From the NCBI GenBank assembly GCA_029882395.1, contig JAOUKT010000009.1:7178-71177 (forward strand): DNA of 64,000 bases, given 5' to 3'. The position numbers were made by a program, and so were the translations under genes. Positions 50,688 through 60,018 of the stretch are shown here, in pieces (positions within the stretch are counted from its first letter, which is position 1; each line of letters opens with the position of its first letter). The notes under the pieces are model-generated. The model was not told where the DNA came from and made no database searches. It saw only the letters and a program-made list of their open reading frames with translations. The stretch comes from Gammaproteobacteria bacterium. Its GTDB lineage: Bacteria; Pseudomonadota; Gammaproteobacteria; SZUA-229.

Positions 50688-52517
50688 TTAAACACCGTGC
50701 CCTTCGTAGAGTTTATTGATTCTATCTGCAAAACGCTCCATGACTTTTGCCCGTTTTACTTTTAATGTCGGTGTAATCAGGCCATCGTCGATGCTCCAGG
50801 GCTCTAGAAACATCGCAACACGGCGGATCTGAGCATAACCTGGAAAATCTTTTAAGCGCTGAGAAATGCGCGAAAGAATCAGTTTTTCAATCTCTTTTTT
50901 CTGCAGTGATGCTTCATCGTCCGCATCGAAGCCGATTTTATCAGCCAGATCGTTCCACTGCTCAACATTTAATACTACACAGGCGGTTAAATAGGGCCGG
51001 GCTTCACCTATCACCATCACCTGCTCAAACATGCCATCCACGGCGATTGCCATTTCCATATCAGCCGGCGGCACCTTCTCGCCGTTAGCCAGCACCAGAA
51101 TATCTTTCAGCCGGCCGGTAATATAAATAAAACCATTATCGTCAATGCGCGCCTTATCACCGGTACGCAACCAGCCGTCATCGGTGAAGGTGGCATCGGT
51201 GACTTCCTGGTTATTCCAGTAACCCAGCATATTGTTATCGCCGTATGACTGCAGTTCGTCGTCGACGCCAATGCGAACCTGCACATTAGGAAAGGCATAG
51301 CCGATGCTGTGAGGAATGTTTTTATAAACACGGTTGCTGGATATTACCGGGCCGGCTTCTGTTAAGCCATAACCCTGTACCAGTGGCAGCCCCAGGCCGA
51401 TAAATAACCGCGCTACTTCTGGCGATAATGCGGCTCCGCCACAAATAGCGATGCGCATGCGCCCGCCCAGTTTTTCCATGACTTTAGAGGCGACCAGCTT
51501 ATCCAATACAGGCCACAGCAATAATAATGGCGACCAGACTCTTCTTTTTTGCTCATATTCAAACCGCAACCAGCCGATGCTGACGGTCAAATCAAATAAC
51601 TTTCTGGCAACAGCCGGTTTGGCATTCAGGCCAGTCATAATCTTGCTGTATACCCGCTCAAATATACGCGGTACCGAAACCAGAACCGTTGGTTTGATAT
51701 TTTGCAGGTCTTCTCCCAGCTGTGGAATGGAGCGTGCGAAGTTGACCTGGGCACCAACCATCATCGGCAGCATATAGCCAACTGTTCGTTCAAACATATG
51801 TGAAAGTGGCAAGAATGACAGGTACTGGTCACTGTTTAAGAAATTACCTGACGGGTGTTCTTCACCACAAAGAAAGGCGCCATAGGCATCGCTGATAATA
51901 TTTTTGTGGGAGAGCATGACACCTTTAGGCCGGCCCGTTGTGCCTGATGTATAAACAATACTGGCCATCTCTTGGGCTGCTCTTTCTTTTTGCTGTAATT
52001 CCCCTTTTGCACCGAATAACCAGTCAGCGCGGGATATTAGCCTGGCATCGGAAGGATGGTCTTCTTCATGCACCGGCTCTATGCTGATAATGCGCTGCAA
52101 ATCTTTCAGCTCTGTCTTCAAATCCAGCAGCCGCTTCCACTGCTCTGTATCTTCTACCAGCAATATTTTTACATTGGCATCATTGAGTATATAGGCGACA
52201 TTATCCGGCCGGTCTTCGACATATAAGGGTACGGTTACCAGACCCATGCCCAGCGCTGCCTGATCAAAAACAACCCAGTCCCGGCTGTTTTTAAGCATTA
52301 GGGCGACCCGGTCGCCTGGCTGTAGATTTTCTTTTTCAAGCGATGCCTGCCAGCGAATGATCTCGGTCGATATTTGACTCCAGCTGGAAGACTCCCATGT
52401 TTTATTTGCAAAGTTATACTGTTGGTAGGCAACCTTATCGGGGTTTCGTTTCAGACGCTCTCTAAAAAGAGCAGGGATAGTATCTGCAATATCCGGGGTA
52501 ATGACATCCTGACTCAT
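50688..52517 (-). CDS. Long-chain fatty acid-CoA ligase (AMP-forming, ACSL-type)
   Basis: 609 aa ORF with the AMP-binding motif YTSGTTGRPKGV and the GWLRTGD and TPTLKVKR motifs. Confidence 0.9.
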   Translation of the reverse strand: MSQDVITPDIADTIPALFRERLKRNPDKVAYQQYNFANKTWESSSWSQISTEIIRWQASLEKENLQPGDRVALMLKNSRDWVVFDQAALGMGLVTVPLYVEDRPDNVAYILNDANVKILLVEDTEQWKRLLDLKTELKDLQRIISIEPVHEEDHPSDARLISRADWLFGAKGELQQKERAAQEMASIVYTSGTTGRPKGVMLSHKNIISDAYGAFLCGEEHPSGNFLNSDQYLSFLPLSHMFERTVGYMLPMMVGAQVNFARSIPQLGEDLQNIKPTVLVSVPRIFERVYSKIMTGLNAKPAVARKLFDLTVSIGWLRFEYEQKRRVWSPLLLLWPVLDKLVASKVMEKLGGRMRIAICGGAALSPEVARLFIGLGLPLVQGYGLTEAGPVISSNRVYKNIPHSIGYAFPNVQVRIGVDDELQSYGDNNMLGYWNNQEVTDATFTDDGWLRTGDKARIDDNGFIYITGRLKDILVLANGEKVPPADMEMAIAVDGMFEQVMVIGEARPYLTACVVLNVEQWNDLADKIGFDADDEASLQKKEIEKLILSRISQRLKDFPGYAQIRRVAMFLEPWSIDDGLITPTLKVKRAKVMERFADRINKLYEGHGV

Positions 52518-52576
52518 CCAGCTTCTCCAGTTCCGCTTTAGTACTTTATTTTACGTACCTTTGTTATATGCCTATC

Positions 52577-53080
52577 TTATATCCCTAACCACCATAATCT
52601 CAAGCGCAATCCGACTTCACTACTGTATCCGCTTTCAATAAATTTAATTTGGCCTTCTGAATTCACAATAAAACTCGCTGGAACAGCTTTTATACCGTAT
52701 GTTTCAGCCCATTTGCCATTAACATCATCTAAAGTCGGAAAACTCAAACCCTGTTGGCGCATATAGCTCAGCGTATCTTCTGACCAGGAAGCAATGCTAA
52801 GAACAGCATAATCTTCTGAAATAGACTGGATTGAGTCTTCTTCTATACGACAAATGCGACACCAGCTGGCCCAGAAGTGAATCAGCATCGGCTTGCCCTG
52901 ATAACGCTCCCATTGAATCGGGCTTTTATCCAGCAACACGCCCTCAATCGGTACAGCCTGGCCGCTCAGTACCGTCTGGTTTTGGTAGCCTCGAACCGCG
53001 ACAAAAATAATCACGATCAATACAAAGTCGAACAGGTATTTACGCCAGCCACGATAATATTTTTTAAAATTCTTATACAT
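52577..53080 (-). CDS. Membrane-anchored TlpA/ResA-like thiol-disulfide oxidoreductase
   Basis: N-terminal TM helix and a thioredoxin fold with the WASWCRIC active site. Confidence 0.8.
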   Translation of the reverse strand: MYKNFKKYYRGWRKYLFDFVLIVIIFVAVRGYQNQTVLSGQAVPIEGVLLDKSPIQWERYQGKPMLIHFWASWCRICRIEEDSIQSISEDYAVLSIASWSEDTLSYMRQQGLSFPTLDDVNGKWAETYGIKAVPASFIVNSEGQIKFIESGYSSEVGLRLRLWWLGI

Positions 53081-53098
53081 AATAATCCTAAGGCGCGT

Positions 53099-53782
53099 TT
53101 ATCTTTTAAATACCCTTAACCAACGCCAAAGACTAATGAGACTCATTAACGACTGCGCAAGATAAGTTAAAGCACAGGCCAGCAGAATTTTTCTGGCCGC
53201 TTTCATGTCATTCTGCGACAAATAATCGCCTTTCTTGAGTATTGGCAAGGCTCTGGAAAAACTGGCATTCCATTCCACCGGCAATGTCACCAGATGCACA
53301 AGCACGGCCATCATCATGCTCATCAGACCCAGCATCAGGACTATGCCGCTGGCAGCAGGAGAGCGTGATATCAGCCCGACCACAGGAATTGCCAGCATCA
53401 ATACTGAGCCCATTTTTTCCGCATATTGCGCCAACACAACCAGCTTCACTCGCCAAAAAAAAGGCCGGTAATTCATCGCATGTTGCAAAGCATGGCCAAC
53501 CTCATGCGCGCCGACCACGACGGCGGTCAATGAACGCTCCGTCATATTCTCAGCACTGAGCCTGACCGTGTTAGTCAGCGGATCATAATGATCACCGCCC
53601 TGGGTCGCTTCGAGGCTGACAAATGTTAACTGCAACTGCTTTATCAGATGCCTGACAAATTCCTCGCCATTGCCCGGAAAGTCCTGCCGTGGCGCGCTAT
53701 AGCGCTTCAAAACGGCTTTTGCCCACAGCTGCGGGCCGATAAGCAGCAGCAATACCAGCGCTATTATGATGATAATTAACAA
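53099..53782 (-). CDS. Membrane zinc metallopeptidase (YugP / Zn_peptidase_2-like)
   Basis: 227 aa ORF with the HEVGHALQH motif and N- and C-terminal TM helices. Confidence 0.85.
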   Translation of the reverse strand: MLIIIIIALVLLLLIGPQLWAKAVLKRYSAPRQDFPGNGEEFVRHLIKQLQLTFVSLEATQGGDHYDPLTNTVRLSAENMTERSLTAVVVGAHEVGHALQHAMNYRPFFWRVKLVVLAQYAEKMGSVLMLAIPVVGLISRSPAASGIVLMLGLMSMMMAVLVHLVTLPVEWNASFSRALPILKKGDYLSQNDMKAARKILLACALTYLAQSLMSLISLWRWLRVFKR

Positions 53783-53914
53783 TTTTTACTCTCTGCCTGC
53801 ACGGCTATAGACTACCTAAAACAAGCCGTTAGTTTTAGGCTATAATGCCACTATACGTTAAAAACGTATTATTGATTTTTTCAAAGCTTCTCTAAGCTGG
53901 TTAAGGACTAATAT

Positions 53915-56152
53915 ATGGCATTGCCATCCGGCTCCCCTACACTTGAGCATGCTGTATTTCTTGAACGCATAAAGCTGATATACGCTAATGTGCCGGCCAC
54001 TATTTTAGCCATACTTCTGGTCTCGCCCTGCCTGATTTACGTCAACTGGCAGCTGGTTGACCACGCCATCATTATTACCTGGTTTATCTTCATGAGCCTG
54101 ACGATATTTTATCGTTATATCATATACCTTCTTTTTAATAAAAAAACCGACGAAGAAATTGATACGAGGCTATGGTATCGCTTGTTTCTGACCGGCACGG
54201 TGCTGACGGCAGTCTGCTGGGGAGTCACTGGCAGCGTGCTGTTTCTGTCTGATTCAATTCAACAACAACTCTTCACCGCGACTATGCTGGCAGGCATCTC
54301 AGCCGGGGCGCTGGCTACACAGGCACCTTTTTTTAGCATATTTGCAGCCTATACCTTGATTAACCTGACGCCGCTGATGCTGACGCTGTCCAGTTTTGGA
54401 ACCGGCATCCATTACGCCACCGCTGTGCTGATTTTGCTTTTTATTATTTTTATCATCTTCGCTTCTGCCCGCATGTCAAAAATCATAAAGAACTCTATTT
54501 CTTTGCAGTTTAAACATGATGACGTTCTCAAAGACATTGCCGAACAAAAACAACAGACCGACAATCTCAACATCAACCTCAGGCAACAGATCAATGAACG
54601 TGAAGTCATTGAACAACACCTTGAAAACTCAATGTCACAATTAAAAGCCACGCTGGAGTCCGCAGCAGATGGCATTCTGGTTATCGATAACGACGAGAAA
54701 ATCACCAATTTCAATCAAAACTTTATTGATATATTCAGCATTTCAGATTCGTTAATCCAGTCCAGAGATTTTTCCAGCATTCAAAACTGCATAAACAGCC
54801 AGCTGAAAGATCAGTCCAGACAATTACCATCATACCCAATCGATGATGTCGTGTTACTTGAATTAAATGATGCACGCCTGATTGAAGTTTTTTCCAGACC
54901 GCAAAAAATTGCAGACCATACCATAGGCCGCGTCTTCAGTTACCGCGATGCAACGATGAGAATTAACTCTGAGTCTTCCTTACAGGAAGCCAAAACAAAA
55001 GCCGAGATTGCAAATAAAGAAAAGTCTGATTTTCTCTCACGAATCAGTCATGAACTGCGCACACCATTAAATGCGATCCTGGGTTTCGGGCATTTGCTTA
55101 AGGAAAAAAACCAGGAGCACCTGCACACTGATGAAAAAAGTTATATTTCACATATATGCCTGGCCGGCGAACATTTGCTCAGCTTAATCGATGACTTGCT
55201 CGACATTTCTCGTATTGAATCCGGCAAACTTAATGTTAACCTCAGCAGTATCGCTTGCGAAACAATCATTAATGAGTCCATTAGCCTGGTCAAACCCATT
55301 GCCGATGTCAGCAATATCAGTATCAAAATCAATTCAAAATTCAGCCGCTTCCCTTATGTTTACGCAGATCACACCCGTTGCAAACAGGCACTGGTAAACC
55401 TGCTCACCAATGCCATAAAATACAACCATAAAAATGGTTCCGTAACATTAAGCCTGAGCCTCAATGAGTCTCAGATTCGTTTTGAAATCAAGGACACCGG
55501 CATCGGTATTGATAAAGAAAGTTTCAATGCCATCTTCCAGCCCTTTACCCGCCTCAAACAAGTTGAGAGCACAAAAGGAACCGGAATCGGCTTAACCATA
55601 ACAAAACGACTGATAACAGTTATGAACGGCACAATAGGCGTAGAAAGCGTACCCGGCAAAGGCAGCACATTCTGGTTCCAGTTACCCCGCGCCTTACCGA
55701 CAACCACAGCAGACGACAGCGTACAAATAAAATCTACAACACTGACAGATAATACAGTTGAAACCATGCACACCATTCTTTATGTAGAAGATGAGCCACT
55801 AAATCAGGCCCTGGTAAAATCCATCATCAGCCAGATCCCCAATACGCGCCTGATAACCGCACTGACCGGGGAAGAAGGCGTTGAAATCGCGCTGGCCAGA
55901 CAACCTGACCTGATACTAATGGATCTTAACCTTCCGGGTATCAGCGGCTATGATGTCTTTAATATTTTAAAAAATGAAAAATCGTTTACCAAAACACCGA
56001 TCTTTGCAGTCAGCGCCAATGCCATGCCAGAGGAGATACAGAAAGGTAAAGATGCCGGTTTTATTGACTATTTGATAAAACCGATTAACATTGATAATAC
56101 TCGAATATTGCTGACCAATACTCTGGGCATGCTTGATAACCATTTAATTTAA
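53915..56152 (+). CDS. Hybrid sensor histidine kinase (6-7 TM N-terminal sensor, PAS, HisKA, HATPase, REC)
   Basis: 745 aa ORF with H-box SHELRTPLNAILG, NLLTNAIKY, DTGIGI, GTGIGL and a receiver (DLILMDLNLPGISG ... IKP). Confidence 0.9.
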   Translation: MALPSGSPTLEHAVFLERIKLIYANVPATILAILLVSPCLIYVNWQLVDHAIIITWFIFMSLTIFYRYIIYLLFNKKTDEEIDTRLWYRLFLTGTVLTAVCWGVTGSVLFLSDSIQQQLFTATMLAGISAGALATQAPFFSIFAAYTLINLTPLMLTLSSFGTGIHYATAVLILLFIIFIIFASARMSKIIKNSISLQFKHDDVLKDIAEQKQQTDNLNINLRQQINEREVIEQHLENSMSQLKATLESAADGILVIDNDEKITNFNQNFIDIFSISDSLIQSRDFSSIQNCINSQLKDQSRQLPSYPIDDVVLLELNDARLIEVFSRPQKIADHTIGRVFSYRDATMRINSESSLQEAKTKAEIANKEKSDFLSRISHELRTPLNAILGFGHLLKEKNQEHLHTDEKSYISHICLAGEHLLSLIDDLLDISRIESGKLNVNLSSIACETIINESISLVKPIADVSNISIKINSKFSRFPYVYADHTRCKQALVNLLTNAIKYNHKNGSVTLSLSLNESQIRFEIKDTGIGIDKESFNAIFQPFTRLKQVESTKGTGIGLTITKRLITVMNGTIGVESVPGKGSTFWFQLPRALPTTTADDSVQIKSTTLTDNTVETMHTILYVEDEPLNQALVKSIISQIPNTRLITALTGEEGVEIALARQPDLILMDLNLPGISGYDVFNILKNEKSFTKTPIFAVSANAMPEEIQKGKDAGFIDYLIKPINIDNTRILLTNTLGMLDNHLI

Positions 56153-56250
56153 AACCAGTAACAGAGCCACCAATCAAGCCATGCTTTACGACTTAAACAT
56201 CTCATATATGACTGCGCGCAAGCCACAAACAGATAGCCTACGGAAGATCC

Positions 56251-58908
56251 TTGAAAAACATTCTTAAACTGTTATTAATTCGTGAAGATGAAAAAATAAC
56301 CGTATTATATTTCTTAACTTTCTTTTTTATCGCCGGCTGTGGCATGGCGATGGGAAAAGCCTCTGCCGAAGCTTTATTTTTCAAACGCTATGGCATTGAA
56401 AATCTTCCGCTGATGTATATTGCACTAGGCGTATTGCTGACCATCAGCAGTCTTGTTTACGCAACCCTGGCTGATAAAATTTCTGCTGAAAAATTATTTT
56501 TCAGACTGCTGCTTATTCTCATTGTCGCTCTTCTAACACTCTGGGGCCTGCTAAGCTATACCGAGATGCCGGCAATATATCCCTTGTATTTTCTGCTTTA
56601 CGAAGCCGCATCAGAAATAATGCTGGTGCATATGGCTTTATATATTAGTCAAAACCTGAATACCTTAAAAAGCAAAAGGCTGCTGCCTGTTATTCTTGCC
56701 GGCAGCCAACTGGGGCTGATAACAGGCGGCATACTTGTCGCTATACTGGCACCGCGCATTGGCACCAGCCAGATCATGCTTATCTGGAGCATGCTGTTAT
56801 TTATCACCCTGGTGATAATGGTCAGCTGGCACAAACTAAAAGGGCCGTCTTGCTTCTTTTATAAGACACGCACACACAGTTCAGTACAAGCGTCACTACA
56901 GTCGGTTAAAAAAGGCATTAGTTTTACCCGGCAATCGAGTCTGCTAAGCGCCTCTTCCATTGCCTTTTTTTTCATGGTCATTACCTTTTATACACTTTAT
57001 TATGTGACCAACACTATCTATACCGGCTATTTTGAAAACGAGCAGGAACTGGCTGCTTTTTTTGGAATACTAACAGCGACAACCGCCCTGATAACACTGC
57101 TGCTTCAGCTTTTCGTAAGCAACAGGACAATCGAGAAATTAGGCATACAAAATACCAATCTCATTTTCCCCCTGTCCATCAGTTTGAGTTTTGTCATTTT
57201 GCTGCTCAGCATGAAAATGCCTGCTGCCATTTTTGCAAGCTTTATCAAGGATACCTTTAACCCTGCCTTTAACAGCCCGGTTAGAAACATGATGTATAAT
57301 ATTTTACCCAAAAATATTCAGGGAAGATCACGCGCCGTATCTACCGGCATAATTTTGCCCGCGGCTTTACTCACCTGCGCCCTGATACTATTGTCTGCTC
57401 AGTTTTTCAGTAACAGTTTTTATTTTTTAGTCAGCGGATTTATTACCAGCTTGCTATTGGTTTATTTTTCAATTCGAACTAACAAAGCCTATCTTGGCAC
57501 ATTAATCAAACACCTCAGAGAACAGATATACATGCCTAAAGAAACACTTTCAGAAAATTCCGGCACATCACTGCTGGTATCGCTTCAGCAAAACATACAC
57601 CAGGGCGATGACGCTGTAACCATTAGCTCTGCTAAAATTCTGATTGCCTCTCATCCAGACAAGGCAACGGATATTATTATAGAAAGACTGAAAAGCGCCA
57701 ACAGTAAAACGGCTGATCAACTTATACGCATACTTGCCAGCCATACAGTTAAACCACTCAGAGACATTTTAAAACGGCCTGACAAGTACCCGGTGTATGA
57801 TCATCATTTTGAAGCCACCATGCTACAGCTTTTGTTTGAAGCGCGAGACTCATTTGCAAAAAAATATATTTTAAGGGCGCTGATAAGTGACAACCCCCGG
57901 GTCTGGGCTACCGGGATCTACGGCGCCATTGTCTATAATGATAAAGCCAACCTGGCGCAGGCTAATTCAATCTGGATAAAACTAAGCACTGGCAACAACA
58001 AGGAGATACTCGCGGCATTACCGCTGGTGAAATTAATCAGTCAGGCTGATGAAAAAACAAAAGCCCGCTTAATAAACAATTACCAAAAGGCGTTTCCTGC
58101 ATTACTGGAGTCAAACCAGCAAAGATGGCGATTACTTACTCTTGAAGCCCTGAGCAGCTGGCAGCACGGCAGCCTGCCAGATTTTTCCCCGATACTTAGC
58201 CGGCTTTTTGCAGACAGTGATCCTTTTATCCGCGCTGCTGTTATAGGTTGCTCTTTTGTTCTGGCTTATGATGAGCACATGGACCTTCTGGTAAAGGCGC
58301 TCGATGATGGTCATTCACAGGTACGCAAACAAGCCTTGGCTATATTGCTGACAACGCATAACAATAATGACGTCATAGCTGATAACTGGCTTATTAACAA
58401 TGACAACTTCACCTCTCCTCGTGCTCAGCTCACTATCTTTGAACATTTAGTCAACAACGCCCTGAAAGAAACAAGCCTGCAGAAAATAGCTGACTCAAAA
58501 GCACTCTTAGGTCGTCAATATTATGATGCCAGGCAGATGCTTAAATCCCATCAGAATAAAAGCAACAGTTTCTTTCTTCTTTACCAGAGCATCAACGAAA
58601 GACTGGACTATATTTCACAGCTACTGCTTTCCTGCCTTGATCAGCTGCAGACATCAAATATTGCATCCGTGGTCAATGCTGCTATAAAAACGGCTGATAA
58701 AGAACACATAGCAACAGCCTGTGAAGCGCTAAGCAGTCTCGACAAATCAGAAGTCACCGCATTATTAATTGATATACTACGTGATGACTTTGAGCTTAAA
58801 AGCAATTATATTATGGGCTTCGACAATACTGACTCGGTTTTGAACTGGTGCAAACTTCAGGACCAGTGGCTACAGACATGCGCTCTCAGGGCACTGAATG
58901 ATGACTGA
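56251..58908 (+). CDS. Polytopic transporter-like domain (TLC/ATP:ADP-antiporter-like MFS) fused to a ~450-aa HEAT-repeat domain
   Basis: TTG start with a GGAAG SD. There are ~11-12 hydrophobic helices in residues 1-430. The C-terminal half has helical repeats with HEAT-like D..P.(V/I)R..A signatures (DSDPFIRAAVIG, DDGHSQVRKQALAIL, SDNPRVWATGI). The family call is from memory and is not HMM-verified. Confidence 0.55.
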   Translation: MKNILKLLLIREDEKITVLYFLTFFFIAGCGMAMGKASAEALFFKRYGIENLPLMYIALGVLLTISSLVYATLADKISAEKLFFRLLLILIVALLTLWGLLSYTEMPAIYPLYFLLYEAASEIMLVHMALYISQNLNTLKSKRLLPVILAGSQLGLITGGILVAILAPRIGTSQIMLIWSMLLFITLVIMVSWHKLKGPSCFFYKTRTHSSVQASLQSVKKGISFTRQSSLLSASSIAFFFMVITFYTLYYVTNTIYTGYFENEQELAAFFGILTATTALITLLLQLFVSNRTIEKLGIQNTNLIFPLSISLSFVILLLSMKMPAAIFASFIKDTFNPAFNSPVRNMMYNILPKNIQGRSRAVSTGIILPAALLTCALILLSAQFFSNSFYFLVSGFITSLLLVYFSIRTNKAYLGTLIKHLREQIYMPKETLSENSGTSLLVSLQQNIHQGDDAVTISSAKILIASHPDKATDIIIERLKSANSKTADQLIRILASHTVKPLRDILKRPDKYPVYDHHFEATMLQLLFEARDSFAKKYILRALISDNPRVWATGIYGAIVYNDKANLAQANSIWIKLSTGNNKEILAALPLVKLISQADEKTKARLINNYQKAFPALLESNQQRWRLLTLEALSSWQHGSLPDFSPILSRLFADSDPFIRAAVIGCSFVLAYDEHMDLLVKALDDGHSQVRKQALAILLTTHNNNDVIADNWLINNDNFTSPRAQLTIFEHLVNNALKETSLQKIADSKALLGRQYYDARQMLKSHQNKSNSFFLLYQSINERLDYISQLLLSCLDQLQTSNIASVVNAAIKTADKEHIATACEALSSLDKSEVTALLIDILRDDFELKSNYIMGFDNTDSVLNWCKLQDQWLQTCALRALNDD

Positions 58909-59359
58909 CCTTTTTGACAGAATATATTTACTCAAGCAGTCGCTCATATTCAGCAAAGTATTCACTGATGACTTAAGGTTTATCGCCGAATCATTATACG
59001 AAGAAATATTTTATAAAGGCGATCATATCTTCGAGCTCAATGATCAGGGCAATGAAATGTTTATCATTACTTCTGGTAAAGTCGGCATTTCTCTCAGTGA
59101 TAACGAAAAGCACACTATCACCGAATTACACACTGGTGACTGTTTCGGTGAAATGAACTTGCTCGATGGACTGCCGCGTTCGGCAACCGCCCATGCTCTT
59201 GAAGACACTCATTTGCTTTGCCTCAATAAAAGCAATTTAAGAGGCCTGATACTCAGCTACCCTGAAATCAGTCTGGGCATATTAAACAGCCTGTCTTTAA
59301 AGCTCAGGAATACAAACCATCACACCCTGTCCAGTTCGTTAAAACAGAACAGTGTCTGA
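58898..59359 (+). CDS. Stand-alone cyclic-nucleotide-binding (CAP/PKA-type) domain protein
   Basis: 153 aa ORF with the phosphate-binding cassette GDCFGEMNLLDGLPRSATAHA. Its start overlaps the upstream stop by 11 nt (ATGATGACTGA). Confidence 0.85.
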   Translation: MMTDLFDRIYLLKQSLIFSKVFTDDLRFIAESLYEEIFYKGDHIFELNDQGNEMFIITSGKVGISLSDNEKHTITELHTGDCFGEMNLLDGLPRSATAHALEDTHLLCLNKSNLRGLILSYPEISLGILNSLSLKLRNTNHHTLSSSLKQNSV

Positions 59360-60018
59360 TATGTAAACCAGAACCAAATTCGTCACTCTGTTGATGTTTT
59401 ACTTTTTGGTACACACCTCTGCTGTTCTCAGCCAACGCACTGCCAACGACCCTCATTACAGAGCCGGTTTTTATTGATAGGCATATTTGCAACTGCACTG
59501 TGCCGCCATTAGGCTTAAATACATTTCAACCGTGCTTGCTAAAGACTATGCGACTCACAAAAACTTACCATCGCCGTTAGTCAATCAGCGAATCATAATG
59601 CCAAAGCATTTCTTTGCCTGCCACGCTGAACTCGCAAGCCGTCCACGGTGCATGCTTTAACAGGTATTTATACACGGCATATATCAGCATAAAAAACTAG
59701 TCTATCAGTTGAAATTTTTAAGCCTGTAGCAACTTACGTTACCCGCCAAACTGAAAAAAAACGGATTTTACTGCTGGAGAATTCATGCCCGTGACCATGG
59801 GCAGGACATTACACAGGGCGACTTCAATCACAGAGCACTCGCCTCTGGTCTGAACTTCACTAAATAAAATATAAAAACCACGTCCAAGCCACTGAAATAG
59901 CCTTGCTCTGTGCTCGTTCTAACCGTTACACTATGGGCACTTTCATATTGTTAACGGTATAAGGCTCTGACACAGTTGCTCAACAAAAAACCTCTGCAGA
60001 CCATCAGACTAAAATAAT

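Noticed and set aside
59304-59498. 64-aa minus-strand ORF in the long spacer after the cNMP-binding gene.
   Set aside because: It overlaps the 3' end of the supported cNMP-binding ORF, has no SD or recognisable motif, and has unusual composition.
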